Virus record (IMG/VR): IMGVR_UViG_3300042375_000684
Direction: 5' to 3' (one strand)
Origin: a virus
DNA length: 64,000 bases
Position numbers and translations under genes: made by a program. This document shows, piece by piece, positions 18,739 through 28,007 of this stretch. Position 1 is the stretch's first letter. Each line of letters begins with the position of its first letter. The notes under the pieces were generated by a model. The model was not told the DNA's origin. It did no database searches and saw only the letters and a list, made by a program, of their open reading frames with translations.

Positions 18739-19008
18739 TCACTTCACTCCGTCACGAAGATAAGCGGATTCCAGAAGAAGAATGACGCCAAGAGCTTCAA
18801 GCGGATTAAGCTTTTCGCCGAGAGCACTTGCAGTCACAGCCCGTTTTTCAAAGAAGTCGATTGCTTCGCGAACCGGCTTGCCTTCCATGTATCCAATATT
18901 TGAGTGGATACCCATCTTAACAATGTCGTAGTCAGCACGGTTCACCCATTCAGGGTTGTGAGGAGTAAGGTTTTCGCGCATTTGTTGAAGCAATTCTAGA
19001 AAGTTCAT
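18739..19008 (-). CDS. hypothetical protein
   Basis: first gene after a class-1 promoter; AAGGAACC RBS. Confidence 0.6.
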   Translation of the reverse strand: MNFLELLQQMRENLTPHNPEWVNRADYDIVKMGIHSNIGYMEGKPVREAIDFFEKRAVTASALGEKLNPLEALGVILLLESAYLRDGVK

Positions 19009-19024
19009 GGTCGGTTCCTTTATA

Positions 19025-19065
19025 CCTTATAGAATCAGTATAAACTATTTGAAAGCAAATGTCAA
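19025..19065 (-). promoter_or_regulatory. class-1 repeated early promoter
   Basis: TTGACA-N17-TATACT-GATTC-TATAAGG. Confidence 0.8.
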
Positions 19066-19331
19066 ACGTTATCAATACGCCTGTTGTGCATCTTTAAAAA
19101 CTTTTTTGCATTCTTAAAAGTTTCACGATCTATAACATCAAAGTCAGGTGTCCATGGATGATTCGAAGAATAAGGATGATCAGAAAATCTGAACAAGTAT
19201 GTTTTATTTCGTACATCCAGTTCAATATACCTTGAAGTTTGCGACCCACGCACACGATATTTGCACATCCTTTTGGTGCAAAGATTCTTGAAGAAACCGT
19301 AAAACTTATTCTTTTCAGTAAAGTTTTCCAT
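19062..19331 (-). CDS. basic hypothetical protein
   Basis: 89-aa ORF between two promoter repeats; FRFSDH motif. Confidence 0.6.
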   Translation of the reverse strand: MENFTEKNKFYGFFKNLCTKRMCKYRVRGSQTSRYIELDVRNKTYLFRFSDHPYSSNHPWTPDFDVIDRETFKNAKKFLKMHNRRIDNV

Positions 19332-19345
19332 GCTGACCTCTTTGA

Positions 19346-19385
19346 TTATAGAATCAGTATAAACTATTTGAAAGCAAATGTCAAC
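19346..19385 (-). promoter_or_regulatory. class-1 repeated early promoter
   Basis: 39 bp identical to the copy at 19027-19065. Confidence 0.8.
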
Positions 19386-19632
19386 GGATAATTAGTTCTT
19401 TCTTTGCAAAAACCATTTCTGGATCCAACCCAACAAGATCAATACCACAAAGATCGAACTTCTTGTAACTCAAGCATTCTTTATAATCTAGAATTTCACC
19501 AAGAAGTTCCTTGATCTTTGCGATGTATTTCTCTGGTGCTGTGCTGTTTATTCTTGAAACATTTTCATAGAGACCAATTTCATCATATCTAATACCACTT
19601 TTTAATTTTGGAAATGTCGGTAATTTTTCCAT
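19381..19632 (-). CDS. hypothetical protein
   Basis: 83-aa ORF with TAATG coupling to the ligase. Confidence 0.55.
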   Translation of the reverse strand: MEKLPTFPKLKSGIRYDEIGLYENVSRINSTAPEKYIAKIKELLGEILDYKECLSYKKFDLCGIDLVGLDPEMVFAKKELIIR

Positions 19633-20993
19633 TATTTTAAACCTTTTGCCATGTCTTTAGTTTCAAGTGCCCGTTCCAGTGTATCGGTTTCGGTTTTATC
19701 ATCACGGACCTCAATGAACCGAGGATGTGAAAGTGCATAGTGCTCATTTGCACGACCACGAGTCAAGTCATTGCACCGAACAGTGACAATTTTACCGATC
19801 ATTTCTGCTCGACGAGAATTGAAGTCCTGAAGTAGATCATCAGTAAAACCAGATGTCCGACCTTTAATCTTACCATCATCAGTTTCAAAGAGTATTGCAC
19901 CAAACGTTTCTGCACGTGCAGTTCCAGGTGTTCCTTCTTGGAACCCAGTAATCCGAACCTCAAGATCAATTTCGAGCTTCAGCTTCAACTGATGTTTACT
20001 AGTCCCATTCTTGAAAATACCATCTTTATCCTTCAAAACACCACCTTCAAGATCTTGATCCATCCACATTGAAGTCACTTCAAGTGCTTCATCAATGGTT
20101 TTGACCTCGTGATACGCAATCACGTGAATATTAGACGAATTCATTTCCGAAACAAGATTTTCAAGTTGTCGCAGTCGGTCTTTGTATTTGGTCTTGTTTG
20201 GCACTTTATTATGTGCATTTGCATATTCTTCTGGTGTAATATAATCCCAAACATGAAAATCAATAATATCGTGTGGCGGTGTATCAGAATTGATCAAGCC
20301 GTTTGATTCTGCACGATTTGGTGACCCACGGACAAGCAACTCACCCACGTAGTAACCGTCTGGCGATTGAGCCAGGTACGATTCTAGCACAGGATATGTA
20401 TATGATTCGCCAGATCGAGAAACAAATTCAACTTTGCCACCGGAGACAGATGCCTCACGATAAGTACCATCAGCTTTCAACTGAATATATGCAGGGAACT
20501 TGATGTCTTTTGCGGTTTTTGGACCAAAAATGCCGCAGCGCATATAGACGGGTTTCATAATCAGATCAGGGAACACTTTATTGATCTGAGTCCGACCCAT
20601 GTTTGTACGAAGGTCTCGGTTTAAAATTCGTGTCGCAACAATTGTATCTTCCGGAGAAAGTCCGATCAGACATTCATGCATCTTGGCAATAGCTTCATTG
20701 CCAGTAACATTACGAGTCGAAAGTTTATTTGCCATGAACTCGAGGACTTCATCAAGTGTGTGAGTTACAGTTTTTGTTTCCGCAAAAACTTCATCATGCA
20801 TATCACCAGATAGCCAATGTTTAATAGAAAGACCATATGTAAACTTGACTCGATCATGTGTCATTTGGAGAACACGTTGTAATTGTGTATGATCGGTATA
20901 CTTTTTGAGAACGGCTAGCTTGTAATTACTACCATTCTCGATGTTTAATTCATTGATAATTTCAAATACTGATTTCATTCTTTTTCCTTCCAT
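19632..20993 (-). CDS. ATP-dependent DNA ligase (T4 gp30-like)
   Basis: motif I QLKADG, SRSG, GELL, WDYI, EGGVLK, KLKL, HPRF; start may be MKSVF at 20978. Confidence 0.93.
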   Translation of the reverse strand: MEGKRMKSVFEIINELNIENGSNYKLAVLKKYTDHTQLQRVLQMTHDRVKFTYGLSIKHWLSGDMHDEVFAETKTVTHTLDEVLEFMANKLSTRNVTGNEAIAKMHECLIGLSPEDTIVATRILNRDLRTNMGRTQINKVFPDLIMKPVYMRCGIFGPKTAKDIKFPAYIQLKADGTYREASVSGGKVEFVSRSGESYTYPVLESYLAQSPDGYYVGELLVRGSPNRAESNGLINSDTPPHDIIDFHVWDYITPEEYANAHNKVPNKTKYKDRLRQLENLVSEMNSSNIHVIAYHEVKTIDEALEVTSMWMDQDLEGGVLKDKDGIFKNGTSKHQLKLKLEIDLEVRITGFQEGTPGTARAETFGAILFETDDGKIKGRTSGFTDDLLQDFNSRRAEMIGKIVTVRCNDLTRGRANEHYALSHPRFIEVRDDKTETDTLERALETKDMAKGLK

Positions 20994-21178
20994 TCAATCA
21001 TAATATATGCTTCGTCACCTTGGTCGTAGGCACCATATTCATGCCGGAATGCAACTTGAACAAGTTCGCAACCTTCAGGAATCCATTTATTGAAGAAACT
21101 CATATCAGAAAAAGCATCACAGTCCAACTCGTGCATTTGAACATTTACATAACCTTCAAAAGGCTTTTTCTTTTTCAT
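20975..21178 (-). CDS. hypothetical protein
   Basis: 67-aa ORF. Confidence 0.5.
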   Translation of the reverse strand: MKKKKPFEGYVNVQMHELDCDAFSDMSFFNKWIPEGCELVQVAFRHEYGAYDQGDEAYIMIEWKEKE

Positions 21179-21327
21179 TCCACGTTCCCCACAAGTTTAT
21201 AGCCACGATCTTCTTCCCAGATGAGCATTTGTGCGTCAATCCAGATTTCTGCCGATATAGCAGACGCAAAAGGTACCGAGTCGATAATCTCCTCGGTACG
21301 CATGTCTTTTACGAGAACAGTCATCAT
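21175..21327 (-). CDS. small hypothetical protein (50 aa, not in ORF track)
   Basis: AAGGAACC RBS below a class-1 promoter; ATGA overlap. Confidence 0.55.
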   Translation of the reverse strand: MMTVLVKDMRTEEIIDSVPFASAISAEIWIDAQMLIWEEDRGYKLVGNVE

Positions 21328-21345
21328 AGCAGGTTCCTTTATTCA

Positions 21346-21387
21346 CCTTATAGAATCAGTATATACTATTTGTAAGCAAATGTCAAC
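21346..21387 (-). promoter_or_regulatory. class-1 repeated early promoter
   Basis: TTGACA-N17-TATACT-GATTC-TATAAGG. Confidence 0.8.
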
Positions 21388-21432
21388 TCAGAAGTTGTGT
21401 TCTTCCTTATATTTTTGAAGCCATTTCAGTCT

Positions 21433-21666
21433 TCATTCTTCATCACCATCATCAGTGTCGTCATCAATATCATCATCAGTTTCATCATAGATCGTATCTA
21501 CTTCGTGACCAAGAAGTTCTTCCAGAACATACCGATAAGCATCTTCTGTATTCATAAATAGGCGATCTTCGACTTCCTTGCCGTCAATATAAAGGATAGT
21601 TCCATACTCGGAGCAGCAACCAGGTTCACCACAAGTCCAGTAATAATCTTTTGTTACAATTTTCAT
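21433..21666 (-). CDS. hypothetical protein with acidic tail
   Basis: CGEPGCC motif; D/E-rich C-terminus. Confidence 0.55.
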   Translation of the reverse strand: MKIVTKDYYWTCGEPGCCSEYGTILYIDGKEVEDRLFMNTEDAYRYVLEELLGHEVDTIYDETDDDIDDDTDDGDEE

Positions 21667-22031
21667 TAGAATGCTACCTCATCTTCATATGTTTCTTTGA
21701 CTCGTTTCTTTTTCTTGGCAAGAATATAGTTTGTCTCTTCACCTGATTTATATCGTTCTCTGGCATCTTCAATTACAGAATTATAACCAAAACCAACTGG
21801 ATCACCGGCCCAAGTCAATTTTGTTTTACTTTCTGTCACTGGTTTCCAACCATTGGTTTTCTCTCCGCGGCCGTTATATGCTTGAAGAATACTTGAATTT
21901 TCATCAAAGTGTAGATACCAAGCACCATTCTCTACCCAACCAGTCCAGATACCATTCTTGTATGTGACATCAGAACAGTATAACCAATGGTTTTCATCAA
22001 ATAGAAATACTTTACTAGCCACGATAATCAC
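21666..22031 (-). CDS. hypothetical protein
   Basis: 121-aa ORF. Confidence 0.55.
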   Translation of the reverse strand: MIIVASKVFLFDENHWLYCSDVTYKNGIWTGWVENGAWYLHFDENSSILQAYNGRGEKTNGWKPVTESKTKLTWAGDPVGFGYNSVIEDARERYKSGEETNYILAKKKKRVKETYEDEVAF

Positions 22032-22269
22032 CTACACCGAGATCACTTTTTAGACCCTGTCCTCCTGGCATAAATCCCACAGAGGACCTGGTATTAGATT
22101 TTACTTTCAGACTAACATCAATCGTAATTTCATTCCCAAGTTGATAGATTTTATCACCATTCTCTGGTTTATATTCACCACTTTTGTAGACCTCAAGCGG
22201 ATCATCAATTAATCCTATAGCGCTTTCACCAGTTTCAAACTTTTTTATGAATACATATTTCATAACCAA
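22015..22269 (-). CDS. hypothetical protein
   Basis: 84-aa ORF. Confidence 0.55.
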   Translation of the reverse strand: MVMKYVFIKKFETGESAIGLIDDPLEVYKSGEYKPENGDKIYQLGNEITIDVSLKVKSNTRSSVGFMPGGQGLKSDLGVGDYRG

Positions 22270-22616
22270 TCTCTCCCAATCTTTTTCTCTGGAACATTTG
22301 CAACAGCAATAGAAATTTCTTCGATATAGAATTCGGATTTTAATCCATTTTCTTCATCATCATCGTGATACCATTCAGACCAATAATCATAAACAAGACG
22401 AAATGATTTACCATCTTCAAATACAAAATCATGTGTTTCATTACCACCGCAGTCGTAGTCCCAATGTCTGATGTGAGCATAAAAGTAATTTATAATTGAA
22501 TTTTGATATACATCACCGTGATCATCATAATTTTTGTCTGTATATTCAATCCAAGCTTTAGGTATATTACCAATACCAGCTCTATAGACAGTGTTTTTGG
22601 TGGTTGTAAATTTCAT
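22260..22616 (-). CDS. hypothetical protein
   Basis: 118-aa ORF with ATGA overlap. Confidence 0.55.
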   Translation of the reverse strand: MKFTTTKNTVYRAGIGNIPKAWIEYTDKNYDDHGDVYQNSIINYFYAHIRHWDYDCGGNETHDFVFEDGKSFRLVYDYWSEWYHDDDEENGLKSEFYIEEISIAVANVPEKKIGRDWL

Positions 22617-22864
22617 TCTTTGTATAACTCATCTGGTTTTAAAAAGTCGACTTGGCACGTTGTCGTGAATTTATTATCGGGAAATGCAGATTGCTTCAAC
22701 TCTATTAGAGTATCTTGATCCGAATATGACGCATTTATATCACTCGCAATAAGTTGAGTTAGATCAAGACATTCTCCGAGTGTCTGGCCTTCGTATCCCA
22801 TTGAAAATACTACGGTACCTGCATACCATAATGTAGCCCAATAAGTCATATTGTAGTGAACCAC
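22613..22864 (-). CDS. hypothetical protein
   Basis: 83-aa ORF; start may be MTYWAT at 22849. Confidence 0.5.
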   Translation of the reverse strand: MVHYNMTYWATLWYAGTVVFSMGYEGQTLGECLDLTQLIASDINASYSDQDTLIELKQSAFPDNKFTTTCQVDFLKPDELYKE

Positions 22865-23046
22865 TTCTTGAGGTATTTTGCCATATCATCCCTGCATTCA
22901 AATGTAAAACTTTTAGTAAATTCAGATGCGTCATATACCCATTCAAAGAAACTCATAAAAATAAATGTGATATAAGAAAATACAAGGAATGCAACAACAA
23001 ATGGTGTTGCTGGTAATTTAATTAGTATACGAATTATTTTTTTCAT
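22846..23046 (-). CDS. small membrane protein
   Basis: one long hydrophobic segment. Confidence 0.55.
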   Translation of the reverse strand: MKKIIRILIKLPATPFVVAFLVFSYITFIFMSFFEWVYDASEFTKSFTFECRDDMAKYLKKWFTTI

Positions 23047-23189
23047 TCATCATCATCCTCGTGAACCCATTCTTGGTCCTGATCGGTGAATCCATCTTCT
23101 AGCATTGCAGCAAAGATATCATCATAGATATGATCATCACCTTCGATAAGCATCATGCACCATTTTGCGTATTGTTCAGCCGTTGCCAT
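23043..23189 (-). CDS. small acidic protein (48 aa, not in ORF track)
   Basis: MATAEQYAKW...; AAGGAA RBS; ATGA overlap. Confidence 0.5.
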   Translation of the reverse strand: MATAEQYAKWCMMLIEGDDHIYDDIFAAMLEDGFTDQDQEWVHEDDDE

Positions 23190-23400
23190 CTTGTATTCCT
23201 TCTTTGTTAATAAGTTCAATTACTTTCAGTATTGAGTGCCGAGTCATATAACACTCATCCTTGTAGCGTTGTATAATTTCGTCTTTGGTAAGTGGACTGT
23301 GTCTGAAACCAACTTCTAGCGGATTGTATGTTGGATTTTCTAGACAGTTTGCCCAATATTCAAGATTCACTAGAATATCAATAGTCTTCATCTGGACCAA
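23176..23400 (-). CDS. hypothetical protein
   Basis: 74-aa ORF. Confidence 0.5.
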   Translation of the reverse strand: MVQMKTIDILVNLEYWANCLENPTYNPLEVGFRHSPLTKDEIIQRYKDECYMTRHSILKVIELINKEGIQDGNG

Positions 23401-23581
23401 ATACTGTTAGGATACTTTGTATTTCTTCAAATACTAGTTTATATTGTCTGACTGCTTTTAATAGTTGTTTATCTTGAATATCATCAATGTTTAGATAATC
23501 AAGGAACGTATGTTCAATTCCTTCGTACTCTGCTTTATTCCACAGTTCTTCATTACTGAAACCTTTAACTAGTTGTGCCAT
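23378..23581 (-). CDS. hypothetical protein
   Basis: 67-aa ORF with TAATG coupling. Confidence 0.5.
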   Translation of the reverse strand: MAQLVKGFSNEELWNKAEYEGIEHTFLDYLNIDDIQDKQLLKAVRQYKLVFEEIQSILTVFGPDEDY

Positions 23582-24174
23582 TAAATCATTCCGATACTTT
23601 CAAATAGTAGCCTATCAATAGGCCACTGCTTTTCACGGTAATTCTTTGCATCAAGAGCAAGATCTTCAATATTGACTGGTGTATAGTTCCGCATTTCTAC
23701 ACATACGGAAGTATAAGGGCCCATTTTTGGCGAACCCATTGTATGGGTATGACCGTGAACTTGGAACATCGGTGTGTCAATATTCTTGCCACGGAATAGT
23801 GAAGATGGATGTAATGGCACGTGATGAAAGACTAAACCATGATCAGTAAACATTCTCCAAAATAGTGTCTTCTTAAAAAATCCACCACTCGATAGAAATT
23901 GAATATCATCGTGATTACCAACGATCAATCGCTTGGAGCCATTAAACTTTGGCCACGCGATTTTAAACTCGTCTTTGCTCCCAAAAAACGTGTCACCAAG
24001 TGTGTATACAATATCACCAGGCTTCACAACAGAATTCCAACGGTCGATCAAGAACTCATTCATCTGATCTACAGTATCAAATTCACGAGTACGATTACCT
24101 TTATAGTCAATAAAATTCAAAATGTTAGCGTGATTGTAGTGTAAATCCGAAATAACCCAGATATCTTTACTCAT
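23581..24174 (-). CDS. calcineurin-like metallophosphoesterase
   Basis: SDLH, LGD, GNHD, HVP, HGHTH motifs. Confidence 0.88.
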   Translation of the reverse strand: MSKDIWVISDLHYNHANILNFIDYKGNRTREFDTVDQMNEFLIDRWNSVVKPGDIVYTLGDTFFGSKDEFKIAWPKFNGSKRLIVGNHDDIQFLSSGGFFKKTLFWRMFTDHGLVFHHVPLHPSSLFRGKNIDTPMFQVHGHTHTMGSPKMGPYTSVCVEMRNYTPVNIEDLALDAKNYREKQWPIDRLLFESIGMI

Positions 24175-24225
24175 GATATATTCTTTCTTTGTACTCAGTT
24201 TACTATATACAAAATATAGTAAATG

Positions 24226-24492
24226 TCAACCATTTTTTAACTTTTCCCACACTTCTTGCATTATTTTTAGTGAAAGTTGATCTGGGTGCTCGAGAGCATA
24301 ATCAACACCATCACGTATCTCGGGAGTCCAACTTGTATCCCAGAGTTTAAATTCATTCCGAATTGTCCTTCCGATAGTTCCATGATATACTGACAATTTG
24401 TCTTTTGGTGTATTTACAAATTCTTTCTTTATTTCTTTAAGTGTTTCTTTATTCAGAAGTTGCACGACTTCACTTACCATATCATCAAACAT
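24226..24492 (-). CDS. hypothetical protein (DUF6794-like)
   Basis: GRTIRNEFKLW...HPDQLS pattern (from memory). Confidence 0.5.
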   Translation of the reverse strand: MFDDMVSEVVQLLNKETLKEIKKEFVNTPKDKLSVYHGTIGRTIRNEFKLWDTSWTPEIRDGVDYALEHPDQLSLKIMQEVWEKLKNG

Positions 24493-24493
24493 C

Positions 24494-25603
24494 TTAGTTC
24501 CTCACCAATTTAATTTTTTCACTTGCTCTTGTTACCGCAGTATAAAGCCACTTCCACCTATCATCACGGAAACACCACGACTCGTCTTGGATCAAAACAT
24601 ACGGCCATTGAGAACCTTGTGCTTTGTGAGTTGTAATTGCATATGCATAATCAAATTGTTGTGAACCCTTTAGGAGTTTCCAATCTGGTTTTGCAACATC
24701 ATCCATGAATAAACTTTTGTGAACCTTTGCCATAATCGGTGGCCGTTCTTCATCTTGTGACTCAAGTCTCATGTGCATAAAACTTGTTTTATATTTAGAA
24801 GTAAGAATTTGTTGAATGTCAAAAATCCCGCCATTGAAGATACCAAGGTCTTTATCATTCTGTAAACAAATAATCTTGTCTCCGACCACTGGTGTATCTG
24901 GATCAAGTTTCTTCAATTTACGAATTTTTCTATTCATTTCAAAACGAGTAATATTTCTTCCAACCAATAATTGATCTGCTTCTAGAACATCTTTAGAACT
25001 TATCTTTTCAACCACACTACTTTGCTCATAGTCACCATAATCTGGCATGATACCTTGCCGAACTTGAGTTGCTAGATAGATAATTGGATTGTCTTTTGCC
25101 TGGCGATGAATTTCAGTCAACATGAAGTCCGGTGTTCCGGCAGTAAAATATCCAGTGCCTGAAATAGGTGGCAACTGACCTGGATCACCTAGAACAAGAA
25201 TTGGTTTTTTAAACCACAAAAGATCCTTGGCAAGATCTTCATCAACCATGGAACATTCGTCAATAATAATCAGTTTTGCACTATTAATGAACGAACCTTT
25301 ATTTAAGTGAAAAGTCACTTCCCCTGTATTCTTATCTTGTTCTGCAAGGTAGATCATGCTGTGGATTGTTCGAGCTTCCTCACACCCATTTTTGCGCATG
25401 ACCAGTGATGCTTTACCTGTAAATGCCCCGAAAAATACGTCACCATCAATACCTTCCGCAAAATGTTTGGCCAGAGTAGTCTTACCTACACCAGCAAACC
25501 CGCCAAGATAAAAGAATGGTTTGTCGGGTCTTCTGCTAGTGTAATACTCTTGCACCCATTTATCTACGGCCTTTAAAGCCTCATTTTGTTGTGATGTCCA
25601 CAT
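24494..25603 (-). CDS. SF1B RecD/Dda-like 5'-3' DNA helicase
   Basis: GFAGVGKTT, ARTIHS, IIDECSM, GDPGQLPP, HRQ, YAITTHKAQGS, YTAVTRA; start moved to MWTSQQ. Confidence 0.9.
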   Translation of the reverse strand: MWTSQQNEALKAVDKWVQEYYTSRRPDKPFFYLGGFAGVGKTTLAKHFAEGIDGDVFFGAFTGKASLVMRKNGCEEARTIHSMIYLAEQDKNTGEVTFHLNKGSFINSAKLIIIDECSMVDEDLAKDLLWFKKPILVLGDPGQLPPISGTGYFTAGTPDFMLTEIHRQAKDNPIIYLATQVRQGIMPDYGDYEQSSVVEKISSKDVLEADQLLVGRNITRFEMNRKIRKLKKLDPDTPVVGDKIICLQNDKDLGIFNGGIFDIQQILTSKYKTSFMHMRLESQDEERPPIMAKVHKSLFMDDVAKPDWKLLKGSQQFDYAYAITTHKAQGSQWPYVLIQDESWCFRDDRWKWLYTAVTRASEKIKLVRN

Positions 25604-25661
25604 AAAATATCCTTTATAGTATAATGGTACCAATTTAACATATATATTTGATTAGTCAACT

Positions 25662-25686
25662 AAAAAAGCGACCGAAGTCGCTTTTT
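25662..25686 (-). terminator. Rho-independent terminator with C(UUCG)G tetraloop
   Basis: GCGAC-TTCG-GTCGC followed by T6. Confidence 0.9.
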
Positions 25687-25687
25687 C

Positions 25688-25942
25688 TTATTTTGTCTTT
25701 TCAAGAACTTTTTTCATGAACCTGTGCTCTTTAATCTTAGGGTATAGAGCGATTCCAATTTGTCTTGTATTTTCGAGCATTTTCTCTGTAACAACTGGCC
25801 GTGTCAATTCAAATAATGCTTGATTTTCAACTTTGATCCGGTTATTTCGTGCATCATTGAGTTTCCAAACATTTGCCATCCATTTAACATACTCTTTATA
25901 TTCTGGAGTATGCATTTCATCGGCTGTGAAGTACATTTTCAT
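25688..25942 (-). CDS. hypothetical protein
   Basis: 84-aa ORF directly after NAMPT. Confidence 0.55.
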   Translation of the reverse strand: MKMYFTADEMHTPEYKEYVKWMANVWKLNDARNNRIKVENQALFELTRPVVTEKMLENTRQIGIALYPKIKEHRFMKKVLEKTK

Positions 25943-25943
25943 G

Positions 25944-27443
25944 TTAATACCTATCTACAATAACGTCTTCGTACTCTGCTGGTTTGAGCTCAGACCGCTC
26001 ACGAACTTGCTCGAACGTAGACTTGTTGAACAGCTCGCCGTTCAGGTATACCAGCTTCAAGAGGTTGTCTTCTGGTGTTACCATTTCCTCTGGTAGAGTT
26101 CTGTATCCGCAAGACCCCAAACCACATTGGCGTACCAGAGCAAGACGACCCTCTTTAGACTTTTTGCCGTGATCGCCAACTGGATCCTTGCTGAACCCAA
26201 CCCAAGGACCGTCAGCAATTCGAATTGCACTGGCCTTCATTGCATATTTCAGAGTATCACGATTCCATGCTTGCAACAGTCCGCCTCCCATACCAAATGC
26301 GATATTCTCTAGACTATAACCTGCCGCAATGATATTGTCAACAAGTACTTGCAGAGTATGTTCGTTCAAACCGTCACCTTGAATAACTTTGACAATAGGT
26401 GATCCGTCTGGACGTTTTGCAAGAACTTTGTAGCCCTTGCTATTGACAGTGTAGCCAAAGCATTCTGCGAGGATGTCCATGATTTCAATTGGAACGGTCA
26501 TCGGATCGCCAGAGTCAGGGCGGACGACCAAAGTGCCACCACTGTCGATCACCAAGTCTTTGAGTTGATTACCCCAAAGTTCACGAACTGCTTCGTAGAT
26601 GTTGTAACTATCAGACACGCAGGCATAGATGCTTCCCGCAAAGCTGAACTGCGTAACCATATTGCGGTATGCTTCAACCTCGTTAGCACGACCCCAGCTG
26701 GTAACGGTGCTGTGCTCACTAGCAGGAATGGTCCGAGCAACAGGAGGTGCATCCAGACTAGTAATGTCAGCATCGTAGTATGCATATGCACCAAGAATAC
26801 CTTCGACTGTATCCGACCCCCAGAAGTTAACCAAGTGACTCATACCACCAAGAACAGCACTTTCAGTTGAGCTTACACCGCGTCCACCAAAGTCGTGCAG
26901 AGCAAACTTGATCACCAAATTCATCAACACGTCAACGGGAATGTCAGAGGTTTTCACCAGAGCCTTTGCAATGATCTTCTTGAACTTACGGCTCTTGGTA
27001 GCAACAGTAGAAGGATACCAAACCCCACGCAACAGTGCCATTTCGATGTAGGAGGTCAGCCAGCCAAATCCACTCGTGGTATTTTTGACCTGCACTTGGA
27101 CGTTATGAGTTTCCATAACGGTTCCCTCTGGAACGGCAGTGATTTCGAGTGGCAAAAATCCACCAAACTCGTTGAGCACACGTTCCCAACCTTCACGATT
27201 GAAGGGAGCGCCGTATACTTTGAAGATCAGCTCAGCAAAGTTGATGTCCGCCATAGTAATTGGTGTGGTCATGTAATCCATGATCCAAGCCTGTCCACCA
27301 AAGAAGGTACTTTTGTCTTCCCCACCACGAGACTCAATATATGAGCTGATGTGAGTTGTGCCTGGCGGGTATTGTTTAAATTGGGATGGTTTGTAACCGT
27401 CAGTGCGCAGAATCGCAGTGAGTAGGTGTAGAATGTTTTTCAT
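25944..27443 (-). CDS. nadV: nicotinamide phosphoribosyltransferase (NAMPT)
   Basis: TDGYK, HDFGGRG, PASEHS, VSDSY, RPDSGD, IQGDG, FGMGGGLLQ motifs. Confidence 0.95.
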   Translation of the reverse strand: MKNILHLLTAILRTDGYKPSQFKQYPPGTTHISSYIESRGGEDKSTFFGGQAWIMDYMTTPITMADINFAELIFKVYGAPFNREGWERVLNEFGGFLPLEITAVPEGTVMETHNVQVQVKNTTSGFGWLTSYIEMALLRGVWYPSTVATKSRKFKKIIAKALVKTSDIPVDVLMNLVIKFALHDFGGRGVSSTESAVLGGMSHLVNFWGSDTVEGILGAYAYYDADITSLDAPPVARTIPASEHSTVTSWGRANEVEAYRNMVTQFSFAGSIYACVSDSYNIYEAVRELWGNQLKDLVIDSGGTLVVRPDSGDPMTVPIEIMDILAECFGYTVNSKGYKVLAKRPDGSPIVKVIQGDGLNEHTLQVLVDNIIAAGYSLENIAFGMGGGLLQAWNRDTLKYAMKASAIRIADGPWVGFSKDPVGDHGKKSKEGRLALVRQCGLGSCGYRTLPEEMVTPEDNLLKLVYLNGELFNKSTFEQVRERSELKPAEYEDVIVDRY

Positions 27444-27492
27444 AATAGAACTCCTCTATTGTTAGTGTTGTTACCAATTCTCTCTGAACTGG
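27444..27492 (-). promoter_or_regulatory. two-hairpin 5' leader, copy A (NAMPT)
   Basis: CCAGTTC-AGAGA-GAATTGG, N13, AATAGA-GGAGT-TCTATT, then ATG. Confidence 0.75.
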
Positions 27493-27537
27493 ATTTAGTT
27501 TAAATATATACTACTTTACTTGTTTGTCAACTGATTC

Positions 27538-27831
27538 TTATGCGGCTTGATCTTGGGCATCATGCCATTCTACAGTCCATTTTTGTAATTTTCTGTGGCC
27601 TTTTGGCCAATCATTCATGCCAAGGTATGTGACTTGATCACAGCATGGGCATTTAAAGCATACAGTTGGATTACAATCACATTTTTCATCAAAGTAACCT
27701 GGGCGATAGCGTAGATCATTCCAATCAATTTCAAGTAGTGCTTCGCAGCCTTCATTATCGCCACCCCAACCAGTGCAGCGATGTTGAATGGTCCATTGTT
27801 CTTTTGTTTTGCCTAGTTCAAGAATTTTCAT
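27538..27831 (-). CDS. Cys-containing hypothetical protein
   Basis: RC...C, CDC, CFKCPCC motifs; GGAG RBS. Confidence 0.6.
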   Translation of the reverse strand: MKILELGKTKEQWTIQHRCTGWGGDNEGCEALLEIDWNDLRYRPGYFDEKCDCNPTVCFKCPCCDQVTYLGMNDWPKGHRKLQKWTVEWHDAQDQAA

Positions 27832-27859
27832 AGCTTCTCCAATACTTCATCTAATTCTT

Positions 27860-28003
27860 TCAGGAAACTCCAGGCGGGATTATCGCCCGAAGTATGTTTT
27901 CATTATCAATATATAATGAAACCAAATAACCTAATTCTTGAAGTTCTCGTTTATTGGCAGAGATATTCAAGACATAATCTGATGCTGTTAGTTGTACATC
28001 CAT
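27860..28003 (-). CDS. small hypothetical protein
   Basis: MDVQLTASD..., trimmed from the track ORF that overlaps the Nudix gene. Confidence 0.45.
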   Translation of the reverse strand: MDVQLTASDYVLNISANKRELQELGYLVSLYIDNENILRAIIPPGVS

Positions 28004-28007
28004 TTGT

